Shown here: in pieces, positions 42,021 to 53,640 of the stretch
How the letters are laid out: every line of letters starts with the position of its first letter
How positions within the stretch are numbered: the first letter of the stretch is position 1
Origin: Alphaproteobacteria bacterium
Lineage (GTDB): Bacteria > Pseudomonadota > Alphaproteobacteria > GCA-016699305
Assembly: GCA_016699305.1 (NCBI GenBank)
Contig: CP064970.1
Span: 389,647 to 453,646 of the forward strand
Direction: 5' to 3'
Length of the DNA: 64,000 bases
Notes under the pieces: generated by a model
Databases searched by the model: none
What the model was told of the DNA's origin: nothing
What the model saw: only the letters and a program-made list of their open reading frames with translations
Position numbers and translations under genes: made by a program

Positions 42021-43142
42021 TCAGGGCTTGGGGATAGAGACGGGTTCTGCGTCGTTGGACACGATGCGGCCATCCGAAGACAGCAGCACGGCGATCCATT
42101 TCGTCTGAGGAAAGTGCGAGCAAATGATCATGGCGATTCCGGTCAGCGGCGTGCATAAAAACATGCCTGCCACGCCCCAAATGCTGCCCCAGAACGCCAA
42201 GGACAACAAGATAACGAGTGTGCTTTGATTCAAGGATTTCCCCATCAAAGCCGGTTCAAGCATGTTGCCCGTAATAGCCTGGACAGCACCAAGACCGACA
42301 AGAACGATCAGGAAAGGCGCCAATGGCTCGGGGAATTGGACCAGAGCCAACAAAGCCGGGAATAACACGCCCACCAATGCGCCGATGGTAGGGATAAAAC
42401 TCATCAGGAAGATGACCAAGGCCCAGAAACTGGCATAATCCACGCCGACCATCTTCAAAAGTACAAAGCTAAGGGCGGAGCTTAGAACGGCGATCAAGGT
42501 CTTGACGCGCACATAGGCTTGGGTCTGCATGGCGATCTGATGTAACAGACGCCTCACTTTGTTTTGACGGTCGGCATGTGGATACAAGGCGCGCAGTTTG
42601 GAATCGAAACTTCTTTGCTCTAGGAACAGAAAGGCCAGATAGATAAAGATCAGCCCGGCATCGCCCGCCAATCCTCCCAAGGAATCCACCAACCCCCGCA
42701 CGGCGACCTTTAAGTCCAAGCCGCGCGCCAGTTGTCCGAAATCCGGCAAGGGCGTTCCAAAGCGCTCTGACGTGAAGACGGAGAGTTGCCCGAGGGCTGA
42801 ATCCAAATTCGCCTGATAATGCGGTGCCGCCGCCGCCACTGCGGCCACATTGCTGCTGACGATGCGACCGATCATGAAGACGCAAAAGCCTATGACGACA
42901 AATGCGGAGACCAAAGCCAGCCATCTGGGCAATCGCCATTGTTTGCTTTTACCCCAAGGACGGCCTATGGCCTGGGCCAAGGCGTTGATCAGGTACCATA
43001 AGACCACGGCGACCGCCAAAGGAATCAGCAAATCCCGTCCCAAAATCAGCGCCGCGATCATCAACGCCGCGCCCAACATAAATTGCGACGGCGACATCAT
43101 TACCGTACCACCGGCTTTTTTTGTATCCGACATCATCCTCAT
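42021..43142 (-). CDS. AI-2E family transporter (PerM/YhhT-like)
   Basis: Polytopic membrane protein with AI-2E-type topology and conserved GAxxxIPxxG-like C-terminal region. Confidence 0.75.
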   Translation of the reverse strand: MRMMSDTKKAGGTVMMSPSQFMLGAALMIAALILGRDLLIPLAVAVVLWYLINALAQAIGRPWGKSKQWRLPRWLALVSAFVVIGFCVFMIGRIVSSNVAAVAAAAPHYQANLDSALGQLSVFTSERFGTPLPDFGQLARGLDLKVAVRGLVDSLGGLAGDAGLIFIYLAFLFLEQRSFDSKLRALYPHADRQNKVRRLLHQIAMQTQAYVRVKTLIAVLSSALSFVLLKMVGVDYASFWALVIFLMSFIPTIGALVGVLFPALLALVQFPEPLAPFLIVLVGLGAVQAITGNMLEPALMGKSLNQSTLVILLSLAFWGSIWGVAGMFLCTPLTGIAMIICSHFPQTKWIAVLLSSDGRIVSNDAEPVSIPKP

Positions 43143-43347
43143 ATCCCCTCTACGACCAAGCTTTGTGAAGGCCTAGCGATATATGGCCCCATTCGCCGCC
43201 ATAGCACAACAACCTGGAATCAACATTCCTCGTCTTTGAAGCGCAATCTCCTTGATTGTGTTACGGTATGTTATTCATATTCTTATTTTTCCATGGGGCT
43301 GCCGCTCTCTCCAAACCATACCCAGTTTCATGCTCCCAAGGCCCAGC

Positions 43348-45774
43348 TTAATGCCTGAACACTTCACCCGTCCTCGACGTATCTTCTTCTACCGCCTTTG
43401 GAGGATGCGGAACGGAGGGTTCTTCATCCGGCTCTTTCCATTCGATGGGCGAGAACGGACGCGCAAGGGCCGCACGAAGTGCTTCATCGACCGTGGCAAC
43501 GGGAATAATTTTCATGCCCTTTTTCACATTGTCGGGAATCTCGGCCAGGTCCTTTTCATTGTCGGCGGGGATCAACACGGTCTTTAACCCCGCGCGCAGA
43601 GCCGCCAACAATTTCTCCTTAAGCCCGCCGATAGGCAAGACGCGACCGCGCAAGGTGATCTCGCCCGTCATGGCCACATCGCGCCGCACGGGGATGCCGG
43701 TGAGGACCGAAACGATGGAGGTCGCCATCGCCACGCCCGCCGATGGGCCGTCCTTGGGCGTCGCTCCTTCAGGCACATGGACATGGATGTCGCGCTTATC
43801 GAAGAGAGTCGGCTTGATGCCGAAACTGGTCGAGCGCGAGCGTACATAGCTTTCTGCGGCCTGCACGGATTCCTTCATCACCTCGCCGATCTTGCCGGTG
43901 ACGGTGACGCGCCCTTTGCCATGCAGCATGACGGCCTCGATCGAGAGGATCTCGCCGCCCACCTCGGTCCAGGCCAAACCCGTGGTCACGCCCACCATAT
44001 CGGTGGCCTCGACTTCGCCGAAACGGAACCGCTTGATACCGGCGTATTTCTCCAGATTGCGCATCGTGATGCGTACGCCCTTTATACCGCGCATCAAGAT
44101 GTCCTTGATGGCCTTGCGCGCCAGATTCGCAATTTCGCGCTCAAGATTGCGTACGCCCGCCTCACGCGTATAAGTGCGGATCAACTCACGCAGCGCCTCC
44201 TCACCCAGATTAAATTCGCCCTTCTTTAAGCCGTGCTGCGTGGTTTCCTTGGGTAGCAAATGGCGCTTGGCAATTTCGACCTTCTCGTCTTCGGTATAGC
44301 CCGAGACGCGGATGATCTCCATGCGGTCTAACAGAGGCTGGGGCATCCTCAGCGTATTGGCCGTGCAGATGAACATCACATCCGATAGATCGTAATCGAC
44401 CTCCAGATAATGGTCGTTAAAGCTGTTGTTCTGCTCGGGATCCAAGACCTCCAGCAAGGCCGAGGAAGGGTCGCCACGCCAATCAGCACCCAGTTTGTCT
44501 ATCTCGTCCAACATGAACAAGGGATTGGAGGATTTCGCCTTGCGCATCCCCTGGATGATCTTGCCCGGCATCGCGCCGATATAGGTGCGGCGATGGCCGC
44601 GAATCTCAGCTTCATCCCGTACGCCGCCCAACGAGATGCGCACGAAATTGCGGCCCGTTGCCTTGGCGATGGATTTACCCAGCGAGGTCTTACCCACGCC
44701 CGGCGGTCCCACTAAACACAGGATCTGCCCACGCATTTTGTTGGTGCGTTGCTGCACGGCCAGGTGTTCGAGGATGCGTTCCTTGACTTTCTCCAAGCCA
44801 AAATGATCCTTGTCCAACACGCCTTTGGCTTGCTTGATGTCGCGCCTAACCTTGGTACGCTTACTCCAAGGGATACTAAGCATCCAATCCAAATAATTGC
44901 GCACCACCGTGGCCTCGGCCGACATAGGCGACATGGATCGCAATTTCTTCAACTCAGCCAGGCATTTCTCGCTGGCCTCCTTGTTCATACGCGCCTTGTT
45001 GATCTTGTCTTCCAGCTCGTCGGATTCGTTCTTGCCATCCTCGCCTTCGCCCAGCTCTTTTTGAATCGCCTTAAGCTGCTCGTTCAGATAGTACTCGCGC
45101 TGCGTCTTTTCCATCTGCTTCTTGACGCGGTTACGGATGCGGCGTTCGACCTGCAGCACGCCGATCTCGCCTTCCATCAGCGCATAGACTTTTTCCAAAC
45201 GCTCGGTAACCGAGGAAGTTTCCAACAAAGTCTGTTTATCAGCGATTTTTAGTGTCAGATGCGCAGCCACGGTATCAGCCAGCTTGGCCGGACTGCTGAT
45301 TCCGCCTACAGATACCATCACCTCGGGCGGAATTTTCTTGTTGAGCTTTATATATTGCTCGAACTGCGTGACCACAGCGCGCATGAGGGCCTCGGACTCA
45401 GCCTGGTCCTCGGGCTGGGATTCGTGGGTCGGTTCGGCCAGAGCCTGAAAGAATTCCTTATTCTCGGTAAAGCGAGCCACCTTGACGCGCTGCCCACCTT
45501 CGACCAGAACCTTGACGGTCCCATCCGGCAGCTTCAGCATCTGGAGTACCGTACCCACAGTGCCATACTCGTACAGGTCGTCCGGCAAAGGATCGTCTTG
45601 CGCCGCGTTTTTTTGCGTCAACAGCAGGATATGCTTGTCATCCTGCACCACGTCTTCCAAGGCGCGCACCGATTTCTCGCGCCCGACAAATAGCGGCACG
45701 ATCATATACGGAAACACCACGATGTCCCGCAGCGGCAGAACGGGATACAGCAATTCTCCCTTAGGTGTTTCCAT
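43348..45774 (-). CDS. lon: ATP-dependent protease Lon
   Basis: N-terminal LON domain, Walker [12 protein letters not shown], protease domain with [11 protein letters not shown] (catalytic Ser). Confidence 0.96.
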   Translation of the reverse strand: METPKGELLYPVLPLRDIVVFPYMIVPLFVGREKSVRALEDVVQDDKHILLLTQKNAAQDDPLPDDLYEYGTVGTVLQMLKLPDGTVKVLVEGGQRVKVARFTENKEFFQALAEPTHESQPEDQAESEALMRAVVTQFEQYIKLNKKIPPEVMVSVGGISSPAKLADTVAAHLTLKIADKQTLLETSSVTERLEKVYALMEGEIGVLQVERRIRNRVKKQMEKTQREYYLNEQLKAIQKELGEGEDGKNESDELEDKINKARMNKEASEKCLAELKKLRSMSPMSAEATVVRNYLDWMLSIPWSKRTKVRRDIKQAKGVLDKDHFGLEKVKERILEHLAVQQRTNKMRGQILCLVGPPGVGKTSLGKSIAKATGRNFVRISLGGVRDEAEIRGHRRTYIGAMPGKIIQGMRKAKSSNPLFMLDEIDKLGADWRGDPSSALLEVLDPEQNNSFNDHYLEVDYDLSDVMFICTANTLRMPQPLLDRMEIIRVSGYTEDEKVEIAKRHLLPKETTQHGLKKGEFNLGEEALRELIRTYTREAGVRNLEREIANLARKAIKDILMRGIKGVRITMRNLEKYAGIKRFRFGEVEATDMVGVTTGLAWTEVGGEILSIEAVMLHGKGRVTVTGKIGEVMKESVQAAESYVRSRSTSFGIKPTLFDKRDIHVHVPEGATPKDGPSAGVAMATSIVSVLTGIPVRRDVAMTGEITLRGRVLPIGGLKEKLLAALRAGLKTVLIPADNEKDLAEIPDNVKKGMKIIPVATVDEALRAALARPFSPIEWKEPDEEPSVPHPPKAVEEDTSRTGEVFRH

Positions 45775-46038
45775 ATTCTTTCTCCTGGGACAAGATTCAA
45801 TCAGACGTCACGCACACACTCGAGCACGGGTCGATTCGAAGCGTGCTGCCATTCGACTCATTGCAGCGATATAGAACTGTACCATGCTCAAGCAATGGGG
45901 CAAGTTTGCGACCTCAATACGAATAAGAGGTTAACGACCCTTCATATTTATTGAAACCATTAATTCGGGCGATTCTCTTTCATGACTCCCATCTGCATGG
46001 CCAACTGGCATCCCTTCTTGCAGCCTGCTATAAGCGCC

Positions 46039-46138
46039 GTGGGAGAGCGGCGGCGGACGTAACGCCCGCCAACCCGGTCAGGTCCGGAAGGAAGCAGCCG
46101 TAACGGGATCGGTGCGGGTCGTCGTTCGTTCTCCCACC
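46039..46138 (+). ncRNA. ffs: signal recognition particle RNA (4.5S RNA)
   Basis: Contains the conserved SRP domain IV core GGTCAGGTCCGGAAGGAAGCAGCC; 5' GTGGGAGAG pairs with 3' CTCTCCCAC; directly upstream of dnaX. Confidence 0.75.
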
Positions 46139-46171
46139 TTATTTTGCTTGGTTCTTCAATGGAGCGCGGAT

Positions 46172-48037
46172 GTGTCGGACGAGGCGACGTTAAGCTTAAG
46201 CCTGGGACTGGATGACGCCGCGACCGAATCGGCCGGGGCGTATCGAGTTTTGGCGCGTAAATACCGCCCGTCGAGTTTTGAAGACATCATCGGTCAGGAC
46301 GTTTTGGTCCGCACCTTATCGAACGCGCTGGAAAGCGGACGTTTGGCGCAAGCCTGGATGCTGACCGGCGTGCGCGGCGTGGGTAAAACCACCACGGCGC
46401 GAATCATCGCCAAGGCTTTGAATTGCGTTCAGGGACCGACGCCGCATCCGTGCGGCGTGTGCGAAACCTGCATCGCCATCGCGGCGGATCGGCATGTCGA
46501 TGTGATCGAGATGGACGCCGCATCGAATACCGGCGTGGAAAACGTGAGGACGGTGATCGAAGGCGCGCGTTACGCGCCCGTCTCGGCGCGTTTTAAGATC
46601 TATATCATCGACGAAGTCCATATGCTCTCGCGCCAGGCGTTCAACGCCTTGCTGAAGACGCTGGAAGAACCGCCGCCGCATGTGAAATTCGTCTTTGCGA
46701 CCACCGAGATTCGCAAAGTTCCCGTGACTGTCCTGTCGCGCTGCCAGCGATTTGATCTGCGCCGCATCACCACCGCCGAGCTTGCCGATCTGCTGACGCG
46801 CATCGCCACGAAAGAGGGCATGACGTTAGAGGAAGATGCCGCCGCCCTATTGGCGCGCGCGGGCGATGGCTCGGCCCGCGACGCCATCAGCCTGTTGGAT
46901 CAGTCGATCGTGCGCGCGGAAAGCGGCAGCGTGACGGCCGATGCCGTACGCAACATGCTGGGGATCAACGCGCGTGACGGGGCAGCCCTATTGCTGGATT
47001 GCCTACTCACAGCCAAACCCGCCGAGGCATTGGAACAAGCCGCCGATCTGCGCCAGTCGGGTGCCGATGCGGTGACCGTGCTTCAGGATTTGGCCGGACT
47101 GGTGCATCTGTTGACCCGTGCGCGGCTGGCTCCCCAACAGGCCTTGTCAGACCCACTTCTGCCGCAGGCCGAGCGTGAATTGGCGCAGCGTTTAGCTCCT
47201 GGCCTGTCATTGGCCGAACTGACACGCGCCTGGCAGATTTTGCTCAAGGGTCTGGGCGAAGTGCAATCCGCGCCCGATTCATGGGCGGCGGCCGAGATGG
47301 TCTTGGTGCGCCTGGGTTATGCCGCCAGTCTGCCTACGCCGGCCGAGTTGATCCGGGAATTGCGCCGCGAGCCGCCAAGCCTTGGCGGCCCTACCCTGCC
47401 CGCCTCGACTGGCGGTGGACGTGTTGTGGCTGGCACCTCAATCTCTGGAAACGAGGGAGGCGCCATCGCGCTGTCCCTGCCCAGCCATCGGGCACAGGGC
47501 ACGCAAACCGTCGCCACGCGCGGCAATCTGGCTTTGGCCATCACGCCTTCCCAATCCGCCAGCCCCGAAATCGCCTTGGCCCCCTGCCCTGTTACCTTTG
47601 AAGATTTGGTGGTGTTGTTCGAGCAGCGGCGGGAACCCGTTCTACGCGCCCAGTTGTACAAACACGCGCATAAAGTCCATATCGAGCCGGGCCGCTTGGA
47701 ATTGCGCCTAGAGGCCGATGCCGCGCCCGATCTATCCAGCCGCGTGGCGCGTTGCCTGACTCAGTGGACGGGGCAGCGTTGGGTTGTCAGCCTGGCCAGT
47801 TCAGGCGGCGACCCGACATTGGCTGAACAAGAAGAAGCGCAAACTCAACGACTGCGCGAACGCGCCCTGGCCACGCCGATTGTGCAGGAAGTGATGGCGC
47901 AATTCCCCGGCGCTACATTGGCCGCCGTACGTCCAGCACCTACGCCCACTGCGCCATCATTCGAAGAATCCGGCCCGCTCACAAACGATGGCATGGTCGA
48001 GACCGATATGGATTTAGGCTCTTTCCTCTTCGATTGA
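46172..48037 (+). CDS. dnaX: DNA polymerase III subunit tau/gamma
   Basis: YRVLARKYRPSSFEDIIGQ, Walker A GVRGVGKTTTARI, zinc module CGVCETC; start set at in-frame GTG 46172 because the ORF-track ATG 46112 lies inside the SRP RNA. Confidence 0.88.
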   Translation: MSDEATLSLSLGLDDAATESAGAYRVLARKYRPSSFEDIIGQDVLVRTLSNALESGRLAQAWMLTGVRGVGKTTTARIIAKALNCVQGPTPHPCGVCETCIAIAADRHVDVIEMDAASNTGVENVRTVIEGARYAPVSARFKIYIIDEVHMLSRQAFNALLKTLEEPPPHVKFVFATTEIRKVPVTVLSRCQRFDLRRITTAELADLLTRIATKEGMTLEEDAAALLARAGDGSARDAISLLDQSIVRAESGSVTADAVRNMLGINARDGAALLLDCLLTAKPAEALEQAADLRQSGADAVTVLQDLAGLVHLLTRARLAPQQALSDPLLPQAERELAQRLAPGLSLAELTRAWQILLKGLGEVQSAPDSWAAAEMVLVRLGYAASLPTPAELIRELRREPPSLGGPTLPASTGGGRVVAGTSISGNEGGAIALSLPSHRAQGTQTVATRGNLALAITPSQSASPEIALAPCPVTFEDLVVLFEQRREPVLRAQLYKHAHKVHIEPGRLELRLEADAAPDLSSRVARCLTQWTGQRWVVSLASSGGDPTLAEQEEAQTQRLRERALATPIVQEVMAQFPGATLAAVRPAPTPTAPSFEESGPLTNDGMVETDMDLGSFLFD

Positions 48038-48055
48038 AGGCAGAAGAATCTTGGG

Positions 48056-48964
48056 CTATCGGTTTCCCTGCATGGCTTTGACCAAGAGCGTCACATTGTG
48101 TCGGAACATTTGCTGATAGGTTGACGCTGGCCCCTTCATATCGGACAGAGAATCCGCATACAGTTTGCCGCCCAGCGCGGCACCTGTCTCATTCACCAAT
48201 TGCTGCATGATCTTTGGGTCCGACATGTTCTCTAGAAATAGCGCGCGGGTTCCGCCGTTACGGATTTGCTGGATCAACCTGACCAATTCCTTCGCGCTGG
48301 GCTCGGCTTCGGTACTGACACCCACGGGGGCCGTAAACTGCACGCCATAGGCATTGGCGAAATATCCGAATGCATCGTGCGAGGTGATGACAGACCTTTT
48401 GGCGACTGGAACAAGGGCGATCTGCTCCCTTACCCATTTGTCGAGGAATTCCAAATCTTGCGCCATTTCTTCGGATCGCTTGAGATAAAACTGGGCATGC
48501 GGCGCGTCGATCTGCGCCAGCGCACGGGCAATGTTTTCCACATAGGCTTTCCCGTTGGCCAGATTCTGCCAAGCATGCGGATCATGGGCACCGTGATGAT
48601 GGTCGCCATGTGATTCCTCTGTATCCTCACCGTCAAGAACGACCGGTATTTCATCACTGGCTTGAACGATCTTACCCGAATAACCCGAAGCCTTGATCAA
48701 ACGTTCAAGCCATCCTTCAAAACCCAGGCCGTTCACCACGACCAATTGCGCCTTGGCCAAGTGCCGCGCATCGGAAGGGGAAGGTTGATAGGTGTGCGCA
48801 TCTCCGTTAGGTCCAACCAGGCTTGTGACTTGGACATATTCACCGCCGATCTGACGCACCAGATTGTCTAAAATCGAGAAGCTGGCGACGACCTTCACAG
48901 GCTCTGCCGATGCAGGGGAAGCCCCCGCCAGAAATACAGCCAAAGCCCATGCCAAAGACTTCAT
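48056..48964 (-). CDS. znuA: zinc ABC transporter substrate-binding protein
   Basis: Signal peptide, cluster-9 SBP fold, His-rich loop EESHGDHHHGAHDPHAW. Confidence 0.85.
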   Translation of the reverse strand: MKSLAWALAVFLAGASPASAEPVKVVASFSILDNLVRQIGGEYVQVTSLVGPNGDAHTYQPSPSDARHLAKAQLVVVNGLGFEGWLERLIKASGYSGKIVQASDEIPVVLDGEDTEESHGDHHHGAHDPHAWQNLANGKAYVENIARALAQIDAPHAQFYLKRSEEMAQDLEFLDKWVREQIALVPVAKRSVITSHDAFGYFANAYGVQFTAPVGVSTEAEPSAKELVRLIQQIRNGGTRALFLENMSDPKIMQQLVNETGAALGGKLYADSLSDMKGPASTYQQMFRHNVTLLVKAMQGNR

Positions 48965-48977
48965 GGTCGCCCTCTCC

Positions 48978-49853
48978 CTAGTTCGTGAAGTGCTTGCGCG
49001 TGAAGTATCTAGCCCGAACGCTGCCCAACGGGCCGCAGAGCAGCGAGACCATATAGACCGCCCCGGCCGTTAAGATGATCGCCGGCCCCGATGGCACGTT
49101 ATTGTGATAGGACAATAACAAGCCAAAATAACCAGAGAATACGCCGATTCCGACAGCCGTGCCGGCGATGCCCATGAATCCATGCGACCAAAAACGCGCG
49201 GCGGCGGCAGGAAGCATCATCAGCCCCACCGACATCAAGGTCCCCAAAGTCTGGAACCCCGCCACCATATTGATCACGACCAGCATCAAGAACATCAAGT
49301 GATACAAAGTCCCGTTCCGATGCACCATGCGCATGAAAAGCGGATCGAAGGATTCGGCGATCAACGGACGATAGAACACGGCCATCAAGCTTAACGTCAC
49401 AGAAGTGATGCAGGCCATGAAACCCAAGGACACGTCATCCGCAGCCAGCACCGAGCCAAACAACAGATGCATCAAGTCTATCGACGTGCCGCGCCATGAG
49501 ATCAACAAGACGCCAAGAGCCAAGGCGATTAGATAAAACGCCGCCAAATGGGCGTCTTCCTTCATCTGGGTTAGCCGTGTTGCCAGGCCCACCAGAATGG
49601 CAACGGCCAATCCTGCCAGCATGCCGCCAAGCCCCATGGCAGGCACGGAAAGCCCAAAGAGTAAGAATGACGCCGCGATCCCCGGCAACACCGCGTGCGA
49701 TATAGCTTCGCCCATCAGGCTCATGCGCCGCAGGATCAGCAATACGCCAAGCGGAGCAGCCCCCATGCTGAGCAGACAGCACCCAACCAACGCCTTACGC
49801 ATAAAAGCGAAATCCGCAAAGGGCGATAGAAATATATCCATCACGGTATTCAT
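48978..49853 (-). CDS. znuB: zinc ABC transporter permease
   Basis: ABC-3 family polytopic permease. Confidence 0.85.
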   Translation of the reverse strand: MNTVMDIFLSPFADFAFMRKALVGCCLLSMGAAPLGVLLILRRMSLMGEAISHAVLPGIAASFLLFGLSVPAMGLGGMLAGLAVAILVGLATRLTQMKEDAHLAAFYLIALALGVLLISWRGTSIDLMHLLFGSVLAADDVSLGFMACITSVTLSLMAVFYRPLIAESFDPLFMRMVHRNGTLYHLMFLMLVVINMVAGFQTLGTLMSVGLMMLPAAAARFWSHGFMGIAGTAVGIGVFSGYFGLLLSYHNNVPSGPAIILTAGAVYMVSLLCGPLGSVRARYFTRKHFTN

Positions 49854-50647
49854 GAAGCGTCCTGCCCTTCATCCACATGACATTCATCGGCATGGTCGTG
49901 CCAGATATTGGCCATGCTGGCTGCCTTGCGCATATGGGCCTCGGTCAGCACATCGGCGGTTTTACCGAAAGCGATAACCTCGCGCGCCAAGAGCATCGCT
50001 TGAGGGAAATAATCTTGCACCTGCCGCATATCATGCAGCACACATAACACCGTCTTGCCGGCTTCTTGCCATCCCCGAATGATGGCCAGCAAATCCTTGG
50101 TGGTGCGGCTGTCGATGGCCGAGAAAGGTTCATCCAGCAAATAGCAGGCGGCATCCTCGACCATCAGCCGGGCGAACAACACGCGCTGAAACTGCCCGAC
50201 GGACAACGCCGCGATAGGCCGGTGCGCGAAGGCCGACATACCTACTTGTTCCAGGGCTTGCGCCGCCCTTTTTCTTTGCCGAGTCGTCAAACGAGAGAAA
50301 AAGCCGCTCTGCCGCCAGCATCCCATCAACACGACATCCGTCACGCTCATGGGAAAGGACCGATCAATCTCGCTCATCTGGGGTAAATAGGCCGTCTTGC
50401 AACAGGCGGCATGTTGACCAGAAAAGACAATCTCGCCCGACATAGGCGGAAGCAATCCGACCAGAGCCTTAAGAAACGTGCTTTTCCCGCCGCCATTGGG
50501 ACCGGCGATCGCCGTCAACGACCCATCTTCAAATGTTGCGCTGATATGATGTATGGCGGGGCGGCGTTCATACCCTGCCGTCAAGTTGGAAACGACCAAA
50601 CTGGACATGCCAACTCCTACCCTTTGGCCCACAGCACGGCCAGCCAC
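49850..50647 (-). CDS. znuC: zinc ABC transporter ATP-binding protein
   Basis: Walker A GPNGGGKST, ABC signature LSVGQFQR, Walker B LLDEP; start may be internal Met MSSLVVSNL. Confidence 0.85.
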   Translation of the reverse strand: MAGRAVGQRVGVGMSSLVVSNLTAGYERRPAIHHISATFEDGSLTAIAGPNGGGKSTFLKALVGLLPPMSGEIVFSGQHAACCKTAYLPQMSEIDRSFPMSVTDVVLMGCWRQSGFFSRLTTRQRKRAAQALEQVGMSAFAHRPIAALSVGQFQRVLFARLMVEDAACYLLDEPFSAIDSRTTKDLLAIIRGWQEAGKTVLCVLHDMRQVQDYFPQAMLLAREVIAFGKTADVLTEAHMRKAASMANIWHDHADECHVDEGQDAS

Positions 50648-50782
50648 GCCAAGCCAATCAAAGCTAGTACGTAGGCAAGTCGGCCTATGGCCGAGAAGGA
50701 AAGGATCGTGCGGGGCAATAATGAGCGGTGCATCGCTTTTTAACTAGCATGCCCGTGCGCCTTCCACAATCCAGATGTTATC

Positions 50783-51217
50783 TTATATCGTGCCTTGTCC
50801 GTGCCGTCTTCTACGGTGGCGCTGCGCGCCGATCTCGTCCAGATCAGCCGTGGCGCGACGTTGTTCTTCTTGGCGTTCCTCGGCCTGCTTCTTATCCTGC
50901 GCGATTTCATAACGTTTTTGCTCGGCGAACGCTTCCAACAGGATGGTGCGGGATTTCTCCACAGCCTCTTCGGCCTCGCGCAAAGCCCGAGCCAAAGCCC
51001 GACGCCGCGATTGCCCCGCTTGCAGATAAGCCCCAAATGTCACGCCGACTTCCGGTTTTTGGCGCAAGATATCGCATTCACGCGCCAGAGACTGACGTAA
51101 GGATTCATCTTCCTGGAGCAAGGCGTCGTATATGGCCTGCTGCGCGGCCAGTTCTTTTTGGCGTTCCTTGACGCGCCACCGCGACAAACGCACCAGGATC
51201 GGCAAAGCGCGGCGCAT
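50783..51217 (-). CDS. fliJ: flagellar export protein FliJ
   Basis: 144-aa charged coiled-coil protein immediately downstream of fliI. Confidence 0.6.
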   Translation of the reverse strand: MRRALPILVRLSRWRVKERQKELAAQQAIYDALLQEDESLRQSLARECDILRQKPEVGVTFGAYLQAGQSRRRALARALREAEEAVEKSRTILLEAFAEQKRYEIAQDKKQAEERQEEQRRATADLDEIGAQRHRRRRHGQGTI

Positions 51218-51263
51218 GATCCGGACTATCCTTTGATGAGGGGGTTACGTCGTTTCCTCATCC

Positions 51264-52634
51264 CTAACGGCCCTGCGGCGCGTTTAGCCCCAGTATCTGG
51301 GCCAGTTTCTGATAGCCCAAGGCCAAATCCGACCGCTCACTCTTGTCCTGACGCAGAAAATCCTCCAATGCGGCGCTGTACAGAATGGCTTCATCCACTG
51401 CCGCATCACTGCCCTTGCGATAAGCGCCCAGACGAATAACTTCGGCCATCGAGTCGTAATCGGCCAACAGCCGCCGCGCGCGGGTGACCAATTCGTTCTC
51501 ATCATCCGCATTGCAGCCAGGCATGGTACGCGAAACGCTACGCAAGACATTGACCGCCGGATAACGGCCCCGCTCGGCAATCGCACGATCAAGAACAATA
51601 TGGCCGTCCAGAATGCCGCGCACGGCATCGGCAATCGGCTCGTTGTGATCGTCGCCATCCACCAGGACCGTGAACAATCCCGTGATGGTGCCGCTTCCCG
51701 CCGCGCCGGGACCTGCACGCTCCAACAAGCGCGGCAATTCGGCAAAGGCCGTCGGCGGATAGCCCTTGGTCGTGGGGGGTTCCCCCGCCGATAGGCCAAT
51801 CTCGCGCTGCGACATGGCAAAGCGCGTGACGCTGTCGATCAGACACAACACGTTCTGGCCTTGGTCGCGGAAATACTCGGCCACCGCCAAGGTGACATAG
51901 GCCGCTTGACGGCGCAGCAATGACGCCTCGTCCGAGGTTGCCACCACCACCACGCTGCGGGCCAGACCTTCGGGGCCCAGATCATCATGCAAAAAGTCTT
52001 GGACCTCGCGTCCGCGCTCGCCCACCAAGCCAATCACGCATACATCAGCCGATGTATAACGGGCGATCATCGACATCAGCACCGACTTACCCACGCCCGA
52101 TCCCGCAAAAATGCCCATACGCTGGCCTAGGCAACAGGTTAGGAAGGTATTCAAAGAACGAACGCCAAGATCAATCTTCCCGCCCACGCGCTGGCGCGTA
52201 TGGGCAGGCGGCGGGGCGTTACGAATCGGCACGGCGGCAGGGCCGGCGGGTAGCGGCCCCTTGCCATCCAACGGCTCGCCCAAGGCGCTGACCACCCGCC
52301 CCAGCCAAGCCGCAGTCGGACGGATGCATGGTTGGGTCTCTGCCACTTCGGCCCTGCATCCCACGCCGATTCCGTCCATGGCCCCGAAAGGCATCAGCAA
52401 GGCGCGTTCCTCGCGGAAGCCGACAACCTCACACAGGACCTTTCTTCCACCCCGCGCGGCGACATAACATCTTCCGCCTATGGAAAGATGATGTTCCACA
52501 CCCGAGACTTCAATCAAAAGCCCCATGACCGAGGATACACGGCCAAAGATACGGTGGGACGGCACAGAATCTATATCGAATCTGAACCGCGACAATATTG
52601 CAGAGTCAACGTGTTGTGCGTGCTTGTTCGTCAT
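51264..52634 (-). CDS. fliI: flagellum-specific ATP synthase
   Basis: Walker [11 protein letters not shown], Walker B, F1-beta-like fold. Confidence 0.92.
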   Translation of the reverse strand: MTNKHAQHVDSAILSRFRFDIDSVPSHRIFGRVSSVMGLLIEVSGVEHHLSIGGRCYVAARGGRKVLCEVVGFREERALLMPFGAMDGIGVGCRAEVAETQPCIRPTAAWLGRVVSALGEPLDGKGPLPAGPAAVPIRNAPPPAHTRQRVGGKIDLGVRSLNTFLTCCLGQRMGIFAGSGVGKSVLMSMIARYTSADVCVIGLVGERGREVQDFLHDDLGPEGLARSVVVVATSDEASLLRRQAAYVTLAVAEYFRDQGQNVLCLIDSVTRFAMSQREIGLSAGEPPTTKGYPPTAFAELPRLLERAGPGAAGSGTITGLFTVLVDGDDHNEPIADAVRGILDGHIVLDRAIAERGRYPAVNVLRSVSRTMPGCNADDENELVTRARRLLADYDSMAEVIRLGAYRKGSDAAVDEAILYSAALEDFLRQDKSERSDLALGYQKLAQILGLNAPQGR

Positions 52635-52765
52635 GCACCAGTCTTGGCAGAAGCTGGTTTACAGAATATTAACGAATGTGGTGTTTGGTAAGCGTTGAGT
52701 TAAGAGTCGTTCACAATTGCGTGGGTCCAATTCTGGAGCCACGCTGCCACCAATAGGGGGACAGC

Positions 52766-53560
52766 ATGCGCGTCCTGCTCGTCGAAGACGATGCCTCGGT
52801 TTCCAAGACGCTGGAGCTATTGCTTCAAGCCGAAGGATTTGTCGTGGATATCACGGATCTGGGCGAAGACGGCCTGGAGATCGGCAAGATCTATGATTAT
52901 GACATCATCATCTTGGATCTGATGCTGCCGGACATCGACGGCTATGAAGTCTTGCAACGCTTGCGCCAAGCCAATGTGACGACGCCGATCATGATCTTGT
53001 CGGGCTTGTCTGAGTTAGAAAACAAGCTGCGCGGTCTGGGCCGTGGTGCCGATGATTATCTAACCAAGCCTTTTGACCGGCGCGAATTGGTGGCGCGCAT
53101 CCACGCCATTATCCGCCGCAGCAAGGGACACTCGGAAAGCATTATTAAGACCGGTCGCCTGACGGTCAACCTGGACGCGCGTACCGTGGAGATCGAGGGC
53201 CAGCCTCTGCATCTGACCGGCAAAGAATATGGGATCATCGAACTGCTTTCCCTGCGCAAGGGTACGACCCTGACCAAGGAAATGTTCTTAAATCATCTGT
53301 ATGGCGGCATGGACGAGCCGGAATTGAAGATCATCGACGTATTCGTGTGCAAATTGCGCAAGAAACTAGCCCAAGCCACCGGAGGCGATAACTATATCGA
53401 GACCGTCTGGGGCCGTGGCTATGTCCTGCGCGATCCCAATAATCCGGGAGGCATCGCGCCGATCGGTGATCTGACGGCAGATTCACAATCGGGCGGCGGA
53501 CTCCCATCGTCATCGTCTCCCACGCGTAAAGCCTCTGCTACACATCAAATCGTCGGCTAA
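52766..53560 (+). CDS. ctrA: cell-cycle response regulator CtrA (OmpR family)
   Basis: MRVLLVEDD...[30 protein letters not shown] receiver domain and winged-helix ([14 protein letters not shown]); ~30-aa Ser/Gly-rich C-terminal extension. Confidence 0.85.
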   Translation: MRVLLVEDDASVSKTLELLLQAEGFVVDITDLGEDGLEIGKIYDYDIIILDLMLPDIDGYEVLQRLRQANVTTPIMILSGLSELENKLRGLGRGADDYLTKPFDRRELVARIHAIIRRSKGHSESIIKTGRLTVNLDARTVEIEGQPLHLTGKEYGIIELLSLRKGTTLTKEMFLNHLYGGMDEPELKIIDVFVCKLRKKLAQATGGDNYIETVWGRGYVLRDPNNPGGIAPIGDLTADSQSGGGLPSSSSPTRKASATHQIVG

Positions 53561-53640
53561 AACATCACTGCCCAAATCCGACATCCCGCCCAATGATTGG
53601 ATTGGGCGGGATGTTTCTTATTGCTGTAAACATTACACAC

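Noticed and set aside
46112-46171. ORF-track N-terminal extension of dnaX
   Set aside because: Would translate through the SRP RNA; the downstream GTG start is more plausible
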